In this document: in pieces, positions 12,959-24,059 of the stretch
Layout: each line of letters starts with the position of its first letter
How positions within the stretch are numbered: position 1 is the first letter of the stretch
NCBI RefSeq assembly: GCF_030684315.1
Contig: NC_081395.1
Location: 7,489,310-7,553,309 of the forward strand
Source of the DNA: Stegostoma tigrinum
Lineage: Eukaryota
Direction of reading: 5' to 3'
DNA: 64,000 nt
Position numbers and translations under genes: made by a program
Notes under the pieces: model-generated
Databases searched by the model: none
What the model was told of the DNA's origin: nothing
The model's input: the letters and a program-made list of their open reading frames with translations, nothing else

Positions 12959-13289
12959 CTTTGACGATGTCGCACTCCACCACCCGGCCGTACTCCTCGA
13001 ACTTGGCCCTCAGCTCCTGGTTGCTGCAGCCAGCCGCCAGGTTACCGACGTAGACCTTGGTGACGGCGGCAGGCCGGGGCCGGGACTCGGCCACGTTGAG
13101 CTTCTGGCCGTGCAGCTCGTACTGGTTGAGGGCGGCGATGGCCTGGTTCGCCTCCTCGGCGCTGTCCATGTGCACGAAGCCGTAATGCCGGATGATGTCG
13201 CACTCCCGCACCGTGCCGTAGTAGCCGAACAGCGTCTTCAGCTCGTCCACGGTCCCTTCGCTCGGGATATTCCCCACAAAGATCTTCAT
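12959..13289 (-). CDS. RBM14: RBM14/RBM4-family protein, coding exon 1 (RRM1 and first half of RRM2)
   Basis: ATG at 13289 gives MKIFVGNIP...YGFVHM...SRPRP..TKVYVGNL...ELRAKFEEYGRVVECDIVK; donor AAAG|GTAACC, phase 1. The three exons total 873 nt (290 aa plus stop). Confidence 0.92.
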
Positions 13290-14620
13290 TTTTTTTTTCA
13301 ATCTCCCCCCCTCCCCGCTCCACTTTTATTTTTAAACCCGCCTCGGTTCAAATCGATCTCTTTCCCCCACCCCCTAACACAGTCGCACAGAAATAAAATC
13401 TTTTCCCCGATCGAATGGCGGTGTCTCGAACAAAATGGCGCCCACTCCAACCGTTCGTCCGACTGGCTTCTCCCTCCTCGCGGGCCGCGCGCGCTCTCGT
13501 GTTGAGTGACGGCCGCGGCTATCCAATCTCAGCCGTCACCTTACACCGACATCCGGGATAGGCGTCCAATGAGGCTAGGTCTTCTACTCCCCGCCCACCA
13601 CCAGGGGCTGGACATCGTTTCGAGGGGGTGACACCTCCTGCTGTCCAATCGCTGCCGTCATCGTTCGCCTACATCCGGGATGGGTAGCGACTATTCTGGC
13701 AGCGTCACCCACCCACTACCGCCTTTGAGCCCGCCTACCTCTCAGAGCCTTCCGACCCATTCACGACTCACAGCGAAAGCCGCCCATTCGTTTTGATTGA
13801 CAGCCCTCTTTACCCAATGTATAGCCGCTAACGTGACCGCCAGCACCCACCCTTGCATGACAAAGCAGGGTGGCTATCCAATCAGAGTGCCAGATCTATG
13901 CCGCCTTGCGGTCATTGGCTGCCCACCCCCAATTCTAACCGACTGTCCATGCGTCCACCAATCATAGCAACGATGCCGCCTTCCGAACGCCCCTCTCGCC
14001 GCGCTGTGACTACGGACCGCCTTTTCCTCTTGAGTGACGGCCCCTTTACCCAATCACAGCCCTAGATTTTCAGAAGACGGGTGGAGGCTCGAAACGTCAG
14101 CCTTCCTGCTCCTCTGATGCCGCTGGGCCTGCTGTGTTCGTCCAGCTCCACACCGTGTTATCACAGCCCAAGATATCCGCGAATGGTCAGCGCTCGCTGC
14201 CGGGGCGCGGACCGATTGGTGCAACAGGTTGTCCCTCAAGTGATGAGGCGGGCTCTACACCTTTGCCATGTAGGTGAAGGTGGCCATTTTGAAGTCGCTT
14301 TTCTAGCGGGCTCCCGTGTTTGTCTGCGTCGGGCACGATCGTGTTATCCAAGCGGCATCATTTTGGGTGGGACAGGTGTAGAGGGCCCGTGATTCAGGCC
14401 GCGGTTCCGTTCCTCACCGTGAACGACGCTTGTCCCGGCGTCGTAGCTGACGGTGGCAGCCGAGGAGCCGCTAGGAATCGGTTTTTTTTGTTGAGTTCGG
14501 AGGTGAGAGGCCGCACGGCTCCCATCCCCCACCCCGCCATTTGGGCGGATAGGGGGCTTTCAGGATGACGTCACGGCAGCGGTGAGCCCCGCCGCCATTG
14601 CTCCTTTGGGCCAGGTCACT
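13290..14620. promoter_or_regulatory. CpG-island bidirectional promoter (RBM14-like gene / inverted paralog)
   Basis: CpG-rich; about 9 CCAAT/ATTGG boxes (e.g. 13523, 13566, 13645); oppositely oriented YY1-type GCCATTTTG at ~13431-13439 (-) and ~14283-14291 (+); TGACGTCA at 14566-14573. Confidence 0.75.
14068..14159 (+). mobile_element. Family A short element inserted in the promoter
   Basis: Contains gaaacgtcagccttcctgctcctctgatg...; flanked by the direct repeat atcacagccc(t/a)agat at ~14053 and ~14160. Confidence 0.65.
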
Positions 14621-14859
14621 CAGAGTAAGCCCAACATTTATCTCCCGTGTCCCTTACTTGCCCCTGCAGAAGGTGGTGGATGCCCACATTCTTTGTTTGA
14701 ATACATGGACTGACCCTAATGGCCCACCTGTGAACCATTTTGAGGTGGGTCTGAAGTCCCATGTTGGCCAGACCAGCTAAGTTTGGCCATTTTTCCCTTC
14801 CCGAGTGAACCAGATGGGTTTCATAAGTAGAGATTGTTGGAAAACACCCGATAGGCACC

Positions 14860-15695
14860 TTTTAAATTTTTCCCCTCTCACCTTAAACCTACGCTGTGGA
14901 AAAGACCTCATCCTATCCACATCCCTCATGATTTTATAAAGGACACCCCTCAACATCCAATGCTCCAGGGAAAATAGCCCCAGCCTATTTAGCCTTTCCC
15001 TGAGCTGATCTTACAAGCAACATCCTCGTAAATAGTTTCTGAACCCTTTCAAATTTCACAACATCCTTCCTATTGCAGGGAAATCAGAATTGCATACAGT
15101 ATTCCAAATGTTCCAACCAATGTCCTGTACAGTCACAACATGACCTCCCAACTCCTTTCCCCAATGCACTGATCAATAAAGGCAAGCATACCAAATGCCT
15201 TCTTCACGATCCAGTCTACCTGTGACTCCACTTTCAAAGAATTGTGAACCTGCACTCCAAGGTCTGACTATCCAGCAAAACCACCTTACCGTTAAGTGTA
15301 TAAGTCCTGCCCCAATTTGCCTGTCCAAAATGCAGCACCTCAGATTTATCTAAATTAAACTCCATTTGCCACTCCTGGGCCCATTGGCCTAACTGATCAA
15401 GATCCCTTTGTACTCTTAGGTAACCTTCTTTGCTGTTCACTGCACCTCAATTTCGGTGTCATCTGCAAACTTACTAACCATACCTCCTATGTTCACATCC
15501 AAATCACTTATATAAATGATGAAAAGCAGTAGACCCAGCACCAATCCTTCTGGCACACTGCTGATCACAGATCTCCAGTCTGAAAAGCAACCCTCCATCA
15601 CCATCCTCTGTCTTCTACCTTCGCACTGGTTGTGTATCCAAACGGCTAGTTCTTCCTGTATTCCATGTGATCTAACCTTGCTAACCAGTGTAACG
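14860..15695 (-). mobile_element. CR1-like LINE RT fragment
   Basis: Minus-strand peptides SSVPEGLVLGLLLFIIYISDLD...SKFADDT and QRDLDQLGQWAQEWQMEFN. Confidence 0.85.
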
Positions 15696-15913
15696 TGAGG
15701 ACAGTGTTTTTGCCATGAGATGTGATTGCACAGAATTTGATACGGCTTCAGTTGAGACCCACCCAGTGATTTACAGAGGTTCATTACGAGATTTTCATAA
15801 ACACAAACAGAGATCAAGGATCAAATCTTGGCTTGGTACCATACACCCGCTTCCCAGAAATTAATTAACCCATCTTTCTCTCAGGTTGCACCTGGACTGT
15901 AAAGGACGAAATA

Positions 15914-17062
15914 ATGAAAGCCATTAACAAGATGGATCTTGCAGATTTTAAAGGAAGAAAGGTTAGGGTTCAGCCATCCAAGGGAATTGCCAAAACACAA
16001 TCTGTCAGTGGTGCAGTGGAAAATTTTCGTCCCCTCGGAAGATCGAGCCACCAGGAAGCAGAATGCTCCAGGGCACCGTGTGAGTCCCCAGATAGGTACG
16101 GCCAGCAAAAGTCACTCTACACTTGTTCCCACCCAGACGGTGTTACCCAGCAATCTGTTGATGATTACGAGCACTTTGCACCCGGCCCTCACCTTGGGTC
16201 CCAAGCTGCCCGCCGTGCGCGCTGGGGCTATCGGCTCCAGTATTCTGTCCCTCCGAGCCTCTCCAAGAACAAATCCCTGTACCACCGCTTCCGCCTGCCT
16301 CCGCTCCCTGCACCAAAGCTGGAAAACAGAAAACCCACAAAGAGGAAAATACCTCGGGAGGATAAGCCTGCCTTCGTCAAAAGGTCCTGTCCCTCGCTTG
16401 TCAATATCACTACTCAAGGACAGAGCCTCCTGATGAAACAGTTAAACACTTCTGAGATGGGAGAGAGTTCCCAATCTAATCTGTTAAGTGCTCACATCCT
16501 GGCAGGGAGGCCCCAATCCGGTATGTTAAACACCTCCACTTTTGGAGAGAATACCCAATTTGGCCTGTTAAGTACCCACGACTTAGGAATGCAAGGCCAA
16601 TCCAGGTTAAACACCTCTGTCCTTAAAGAGAGTGCTCGAACTGGCCTGTTGGACACCCCCACTCTGGAAGAAAGTGCTCAATCTAACTTGTTAAAGACCC
16701 TCATCTTGGGAATGCATGCCCGATCCAATCAGTCAGACACCCCTATTGCAGATCAGGGTCAACGAGCCAGCCTTTTGAGTTCCCCGTCTGCAAGAAAGAG
16801 TGCTCAATCTGGCTTGTTAAGGGAGCCCTTACTGAGAAAGAGTGCTGAATTTGGCCTGCTAAATACTCCAAGCCTCAGAAAGAGTGCTAAATCTGGCTTG
16901 CTAAATACTCCCACCCTCGGAAAGAATGCTAAATCTGGCCTGCTAAATGCTCCTGCATCCAGCAGAACTGCGCAATCTGGCCTGTTAAACGCTCCCCACC
17001 ATTCTGAGAGAGATAGTCTGATTGGACCTGTTAAATACCCCTGCCCTGGGGAACAGTGCTGA
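15914..17062 (+). CDS. Diverged inverted paralog of RBM14-like exon 2 (half-RRM, degenerate knuckle, 14-aa tandem repeats), 382 aa; may be a pseudogene
   Basis: Acceptor ctttctctcag| at 15884; MKAINKMDLADFKGRKVRVQPS ~ MQAIASLDNQEFNGNKLRVQLS; GRSSHQEAEC ~ GRQGHQARDC; SLYHRFRLPPLPAPK ~ TLYERTRLSPLTVPK. Confidence 0.65.
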   Translation: MKAINKMDLADFKGRKVRVQPSKGIAKTQSVSGAVENFRPLGRSSHQEAECSRAPCESPDRYGQQKSLYTCSHPDGVTQQSVDDYEHFAPGPHLGSQAARRARWGYRLQYSVPPSLSKNKSLYHRFRLPPLPAPKLENRKPTKRKIPREDKPAFVKRSCPSLVNITTQGQSLLMKQLNTSEMGESSQSNLLSAHILAGRPQSGMLNTSTFGENTQFGLLSTHDLGMQGQSRLNTSVLKESARTGLLDTPTLEESAQSNLLKTLILGMHARSNQSDTPIADQGQRASLLSSPSARKSAQSGLLREPLLRKSAEFGLLNTPSLRKSAKSGLLNTPTLGKNAKSGLLNAPASSRTAQSGLLNAPHHSERDSLIGPVKYPCPGEQC

Positions 17063-17070
17063 ATCCAGCC
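16466..17070 (+). repeat. Coding 42-nt (14-aa) tandem repeat, ~13 in-frame units plus 1 out of frame
   Basis: Units such as SAQSGLLREPLLRK, SAEFGLLNTPSLRK, SAKSGLLNTPTLGK. Confidence 0.8.
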
Positions 17071-18401
17071 AGAGACATGTGTCTTCTTGTCTCTGCCCCT
17101 GCTCACCCATAAAATACACTTGCTCAGTTTTGCTCCACATCAATTTGTACCTCCCAAGTGAGATGCCAGTTTCTGCACCTCTAGGTGTCAAACTAATCCG
17201 AGCCAGCAGTCTTTTCAGAGATAAGTGCTGAGTTTCATCAGATCCTGAACTGTTAACCTTTATTGTAGACCGCAAAGAAACTGATTCTAGTTGGAGGCAT
17301 AGATACAGTTTCAGGCTAATTCCGCTCTCTCACCCACCACCCCAACCCTGTCTCACTGCAGCAAAATCTGGACCTTCTGTTGGCACCTCAGTTTCTTGCT
17401 CGTTTCTTGTCCCTATGCCCTGACATTTTTCATTGTCTAGGGCACTTCCCTCAAGGTCAGCGGAGCAAAGCATTGCCTTGCTGTCTTGGCATGTCTCATC
17501 AAAGGTCCTGTGACAATGAGTGTCCCTCTTCTGACTTGAAGGCAGTGGATGTGTAAAACTGCTCCCATCCACTCCTTGTCTGACATTCTTCAGTGAGTTA
17601 CCTTCCCGTGCATTGCTGAACTGCATTTTTAGCTCAATTTTAAATTTTGCATACCTTCTGGCTGGGGACATCTACTGTACCTTCTCCTACCAACAGCAAG
17701 GTGAGATTTGCTTAGTGCAGTTAGAACACCGAAACTGATGATATCCCAGTTAGTTAACTATGCGCAAATGCTTTGTGAAGTTAACTGGATGTCACGGAGT
17801 TTGCGTCTATAGAAGTTATCCTAATTAGCAGTGGCTATCAATTACCAGTAATGTGTCCCCTTTCTGAAAGCAGGAACAATACGCAAAATTTATACAAAAG
17901 CAAAGATGGATCAAATTAAATCAAACCCCATTCACCATATCAACTGTACTGCCTCTTGTACAATCATCCTGACCATTTCTTCTGGCTAGCTGGCTCTCTC
18001 TACAATTCTGATGAAAATTCAAGGGCCAGGATTGATACATTCAATTACACACCCCCTCCCCTCATCCCCAACGTGTTCCAGCAAAGTTGTATTTGTCCTC
18101 CGATATTTTGAGACATCCACGTCAAAACACTGTTTAAAATTGCTGCATGTGCTTGTGAAGTGTTGCTGTTTGTTACAGGCACACAACAGTTTTGAAGTGA
18201 GCTGTGGTCGGTAGTTACAACCAAAATTTGGTCAGCACATTTCAATCTGCAGTTCAACTCTGACTGACTTGTATCTGAATTTACTCAACAATGTTAGGCT
18301 TAAACTGATACATTCCCACTTTTATCAATAGAAGAATTAACTCCACATCACATGATATAATGCTCCTGATTTGATTTGTTTGAGCAATACCATTGAATAT
18401 T

Positions 18402-18642
18402 TAATAAAAACCAAAAGAAATGCAGACGCTGTAAATCAGGAACAAAAGCAAAGTTGCCGGAAAAGCTCAGCAGGTCTGGCAGCATCTGTGGAGGAGAAAA
18501 TATTTAACATTTCGGGTCCAGTGACCCTTCCTCAAAAACCAATTCTGAGGAAGGGTCACCGGACCCAAAACGTTAACTCTGTTTTCTCCTCCACAGATGT
18601 TGCCAGACCTGCTGAGCTTTTCCAGCAACTTTGCTTTTGTTG
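18402..18642. mobile_element. Palindromic family B element with 12-bp TSD and hammerhead-like cores
   Basis: Inverted arms; ccattgaatatt at 18390-18401 and 18643-18654; CTGAGGA-AGGGTC-ACCG-GACCC-(a)AAACG at ~18545. Confidence 0.7.
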
Positions 18643-18669
18643 CCATTGAATATTAGTGAAGTATGTGTT

Positions 18670-21600
18670 CTGTTATGATCCAAACTGATGTTAATACTGG
18701 ACAAATGGTATCCCAAATAGACCCAAATCTTGTCTATTTAAATTTTTTTTTAGTTGTTAAAGTCAATTACTAAACACATTCACAAAAATACTCACGTATT
18801 TTTAACACACAGAATAAAAGAAGCAAAAGGATCATGAACTATATGACACTAAACAACATTTAACGCAGACATCAGAAAAATTTCAAAATCACACTACCCC
18901 TTTTATCAAAATAACATCTTTACATACCCAAACTCAGCAAAGAGCCTTCACATTCTTTATTCTAAAACTTCTTGCTCAGGCTGGCTCAGCTGCAACTGGT
19001 TTCCTGTTGGCAAATTTCTGTGCATTTATTGGATACTACTTTTCTTCAGACAATAATCCCAGAGAAACCCAAAATGAACTGCAAGCTAAACTTGCTATTA
19101 CTTTAACTTCAGGACAAACACAACTTCCGCAAAGTCAGTTCCCAGCAGTTTGTTTCCAAAATTTCTTACCATGGTGTTTAATATATTAACCTCCCCTCTC
19201 TAGCACAGCCACACGCTAACTTAGTGCTTTCTAGATTGTTCTTCTCTGAGCATGTGCCTGGACCCAGCAGGAAACAGCACAGTTTCTTCTACAATTTCAT
19301 AATGTACTGCATTGTTAACCCCTTCCTCCACTTTAAGGTTATAAATCTTCATTAAACACATGTAAGCTAATATATACAAAACAAATCAACAGAACAAAAC
19401 TAAAATCCATCTCCATCCCCTGTTTCCTAACACGCAAGATGTAAAATATATACTTAACTTAAAATTATGTATTGTTTTTGACACTTCCTGTCAAAACAAA
19501 AATGGAAAGCTATCTTTAAGAGGCATTTTCATTTTATATTTCAGTGTCATCATTCTATTACATTTCTACCAATTTTACTCCAGCAATAACAATGCATTTA
19601 CAACAAAAAATTAAAATCACATTCTGCGCAAGTCCACTTTGACTCCACCACAGGTTTTCCTCCGTATTTGCTCTTGATAAAGCATCTGATTGATATTGTC
19701 TCTTCCTGTGACATGAATGCTTTTAAAATTGTGTGGTTGAAGCATTAAACTCCATCAAAACAGTCTCTGATTCTTATTACGAAATTTTATTAGGAAAGTT
19801 GAAGGACTATGGTCTGTTGAAATAATAGTCTGCGAATTTGTACATGCACTTCAAAGTGTTATAGGGCCAACACTGAACTCAAAGTCACTTTTATTTTCCC
19901 CGCAAGTTGAGTATTTCTGACAGCAACAAATCAGCTTTTCTGAAAAGTAACCGACTGGCCATTCCGTCCCCATCTCAGCTTCCTGTAATAAAACTGCACT
20001 AACATTCACATCACTGGAAATAAGAGCTAGTTCAAATGGCTTAACGTAATTTGGTGGCAGTAGTAAGTACAAGTTTTCAAGTTGTCAGTGGCCTTTCTTG
20101 ATACACCACTATCCATTGAAATTTCTTACCCTTCCTTATTGAGCTTGTCAAGTGAATCATGCCCGGCACTGAAATTCAAATCAAACTTCTGATAGAATAC
20201 ATTCACTCCTATATACCGCAAATCTCTTGCTTTGTCTAAGGCACCGAAAATCCTAAGATCGTCCTTACTTTTGCTTCTCCGAGTGCTGCTTGGCTTGTCC
20301 AACAGCGTTCCCCATGCACTATTAGTGACTTCTGCTTTTGCAAGTTCGATTTTGAATTCAATTGGTCGAATTAGTCCCTTGTAACCGATCAAGAAAGTCA
20401 CACAATTGCCTCACTTGGCTCCACAGAGCCATATTAAAATTCCAGTTTGTGTAACATTGTTCGCAGCAGGTTTGGATTCTGTGCCCAGTGTTTCACATAC
20501 CTTGTTCCTTTAAGAATTCACAGATACTTTAATTTTGAGGCGACCTTGTTATGATCCCAGTTGACGTTAATCGTGGATGGTTCAGATCCCAGATTGAGAC
20601 CTGCCTGGGTAGACATCCTTATTTTATTTTAGAAAGCAGGGGGGTCAATTATACATTCTCAAAGATCCACTAATATGCTTTTAACACAAAAAACAATTAA
20701 ACAAGAATTAAAACATGGACTACATTACACTAGACTGTTTAAAAATCAGGGTTTAAGGTAGAGATTGGGCAAAAGAAAATCTCAAGAGTGTCATGAATCT
20801 TCCACACTTTCCCTGAAAAGGTGGTGGAAGTAGAGTCCTAAAATATTCTTAAGTCATGGGTATGTAGATCCCTCTTAAGCAAGGGGCAAAAGATTAGGGG
20901 TAGACAGGGATATGGATTTAAGGTCACAGTCAGATGAGTGACACCCTTATTGAGTGGCGATGGTCTACTCCTGGTCTTGATTAATTTGTATGTTAGTCAA
21001 GAGGTTTGGAAAGAATGTATTACAGACCGCAGAAAAGGATTCAAATTCATACTGCCTGTTATACTTGGGGCAGCCCAGTGGCTCAGTGGTTAGCACTGCT
21101 GCATCACAGTGCCAGGGACCTGGGTTCAATTCCACCCTCGGATGACTGTCTGTGTGGAGTTTGCATATTCTCCCTGTCTGCGTGGGTTTCCTCTGGGTGT
21201 TCTGGTTTCCTGCCACAGTCCAAAGGTGTGCAGGTTAGGGTGGATTGGCTGTGCAAAATTGTCTATAGTGTTCAGGGATGTGTGGGTTATCAGGGAATGG
21301 GTCTGGGTGAGATGCTCTGGGGGTCAGTGTGGACTTGTTGGGCCAACGGGCCTGTTTCCACAATGTATGGATTCTATGATGATATCTGTAGGTCTGGTTA
21401 GTTTAGTTGGCTAGATGAATTGAATACAGTGCAGAATCAAAGCATGGGGGTCAATTATACATTCTCAAAGATCCACTAATATGCTTTTAACACAAAAAAA
21501 ATTAAACAAGAATTAAAACATGGACTACATTACACAAGACTGTTTAAAAATCAGGGTTTAAGGTAGAGATTAGGCAAAAGAAAATCTCAAGAGTGTCATG

Positions 21601-23260
21601 AATCTTCCACACTTTCCCTGAAAAGGTGGTGGAAGTAGAGTCCTAAAATATTCTTAAGTCATGGGTATGTAGATCCCTAGGGTTCAAACCCTATACCAAC
21701 TTTGGCAATTCATGGCAGCATACCTCCTCCTCTTATCCATGCTTGTGGAATGGTTACATAAATCAATTTTGTCCCTCAAACGAAGAAAGATGCTTTGGTC
21801 CTTATGTGATTCCTCACTGGGGCAGCATGCTGGAAAATGAGCCTTGCTATTTCTGAAGTTATCTCAAAACTTAAAGCTTATGTCAACATACACTAAGTTG
21901 CCAATTTACCTTCCTTTGTAGACCCAGGTTAACAGGAAACACAGCCCGAGCTTCAGCACTTAACAAGAATTACGATTTCTCATAAATGAAAATGTTTGAA
22001 CCACCAGATAAACAACAACAAACTATCGACATAGACCTCTACCAGTTAAAACTCTAACCCTCTTGAAAAATTATCCCTGTACAAAATCATACGGACAAAC
22101 ACAGACAGGCAGAAAAAGTGTTAAAATCAGATTTACAAACTGGTAAGGAAGGTCAATGGTTCCCATCCACAGGATTTGCTGAGATCATTTTTTGTTCACA
22201 AGGACTTGCTGTTCTTCAATCTGTCTTCTCCAAGTATTTTTCCCACCTTTGCATGAGGCACAGAGCTACTGGTTCACAAATTATTAATTGGCTAAAAGCA
22301 GCGGGTTATAGCCACTGGTGGGGAGAGAAAACTGGCTTTCTTCAGCTCCAGGTATCTTTTAATCATTAAGAGACACACACCACTTTCCCTTCTGGAGGTC
22401 CAGAAGTTTCTGGCCATATTGTTTATACTCATAAGCTGTTTTGCCACCCAGGAACCAATCACATAGCTGTTAGCAGGCAAATAGCCATTGTCATCAGTTG
22501 GACACGAATCCATAAATCAATCTGCTGCTTCTGGCCAGTCGACTCTCATTTTGCACGCATGCCCTGATGCCAGCTCGTCTGCAACTGGTTGAACAAATCA
22601 ACAGTGTAAATACCAGTAACACGGAGTTTCAGTAAGTTGCTTTCAAAAAGTACAGCAATCCCTTCCACAATCCTTAGTTTTTGAGAGTGGTGCCCTTTTC
22701 TATTCCAATCCACAATCAAAAACAAAAGAGTATGGTATTTACAGATTGTGGAATATCCATACCCCCTTTATCCCAAGCCTCAGTAAAGAATCACCACTAT
22801 CCCTGTATTGAGGCTTCTTGGTTAGGCTGGCACAGCTGTAACCAGTTTCCTTTTGGCAAATTTCCCTACGTTGACCAGATGCTATTTTATTTCAGCTGGT
22901 ATCTCTCCCTGGGATACCTAAAGCAAACCACAAATTAAACGCTATCATTTTTACTTCAGAGCAAACACAAGTTCCCTAATCTCAGCAGTTTCTCAGCTAC
23001 ATCTCTTACCAGACTGTTTACCACATCAGCCTCCCCTCTGTAGCACACTCGCACACCAAATGACTGCTTTTTGGATTTGTGTGTGTTTGCATTCCACTCC
23101 CGTTACAGCTTTATTTCACTGCACAGTTAGCTCCCGCCTCCACTTTAACCGTAGTAAATCTCATTAAAATGTACAAAAGCATCCAATCTCCAGACTCCTC
23201 AGTACCAAGCGCAAAACAACTCTTATGAAATAAAACTAAAAACCATGCCTCACCCCACTT
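18670..23260 (-). mobile_element. Old Gypsy-like LTR retrotransposon remnant, interrupted by later insertions
   Basis: 19851-20072 (-) reads PFELA...SAVLLQE..GTEWPVGYFSEKL...QKYST (RNase H-like); similar LTR-like ends tgttatgatcc at 18671 and 20547; ~19050-19420 resembles ~22940-23255. Confidence 0.55.
21068..21380 (+). mobile_element. HE1/V-SINE-like tRNA-derived SINE
   Basis: A box tggctcagtgg, B box ggttcaattcc, V-domain tgtgtggagtttgcatattctccc, CR1-like tail. Confidence 0.85.
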
Positions 23261-23265
23261 TCTTT

Positions 23266-23432
23266 ACATGCAAAATGTAAATTTAATATTCTCGTCTTTA
23301 AAGAAGTTTATATTTAAAATGTATTCAATAATAATAATATTCTTTACACACAAAATGCAAAATGTAAATTTAGTATTCTCATTTTTACAGAAGTTTATAT
23401 TTAAAATGTATTCAATAATAATAATAATATTC
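23266..23432. repeat. AT-rich tandem duplication (~87 bp x2)
   Basis: atgcaaaatgtaaattta...ttcaataataataatat occurs twice. Confidence 0.8.
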
Positions 23433-24059
23433 CAACACTCAGCTATCACATTTTTAAAGATTGAAATGTTGACCTGCAATCAAAAATGGACACATTTTGT
23501 GATCTGCAGAATCACTGCCCAAACCTTTGAAACCAGACCATACTTTACATCTAGATTTACTTAGCCGTATAGAGACATGATATATTCAGCAGGTCGGGCA
23601 GCGTAAGTGGAGAGAGAGAACCTGGAGTTGACATGGTGGGTTGGCAGCTTTTCTGCAGAACAGAGGAAAACAAAAAGTGCAATTGGTAGGTTCTGAAAGA
23701 GTGAAAGAAGTGGTGAAAAATGAAAAAAACTTGCATTTATATAGTGCCTTTCGCAACCACCAAAATGACATACATTTGTTGTAAAATCACTGAAGTGTAG
23801 AGATTATTTTAATGTAGTAGTTGGTATCCACTCAGTGAGCTCCTATAAAGAGCAATGTGATATCGACCAGATAATATATTTTTTGAATAATTTGTGTATC
23901 AAAGGACTTGACAGCAGGACTACTCCTTCAACCTTTCTCCATCATTCAGTGCTCACAATCTCGTTGTGGTCTCTGTACCTATCTGCGCCCCATAAGCCTG
24001 AAGTCTGTGGTCTGTCAAAAATGTTTCTAATTCAGCCTTGAATAAACTTAAAGATCTCC

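Noticed and set aside
12771-13505. 244-aa plus-strand ORF
   Set aside because: Antisense shadow of the GC-rich RRM exon.
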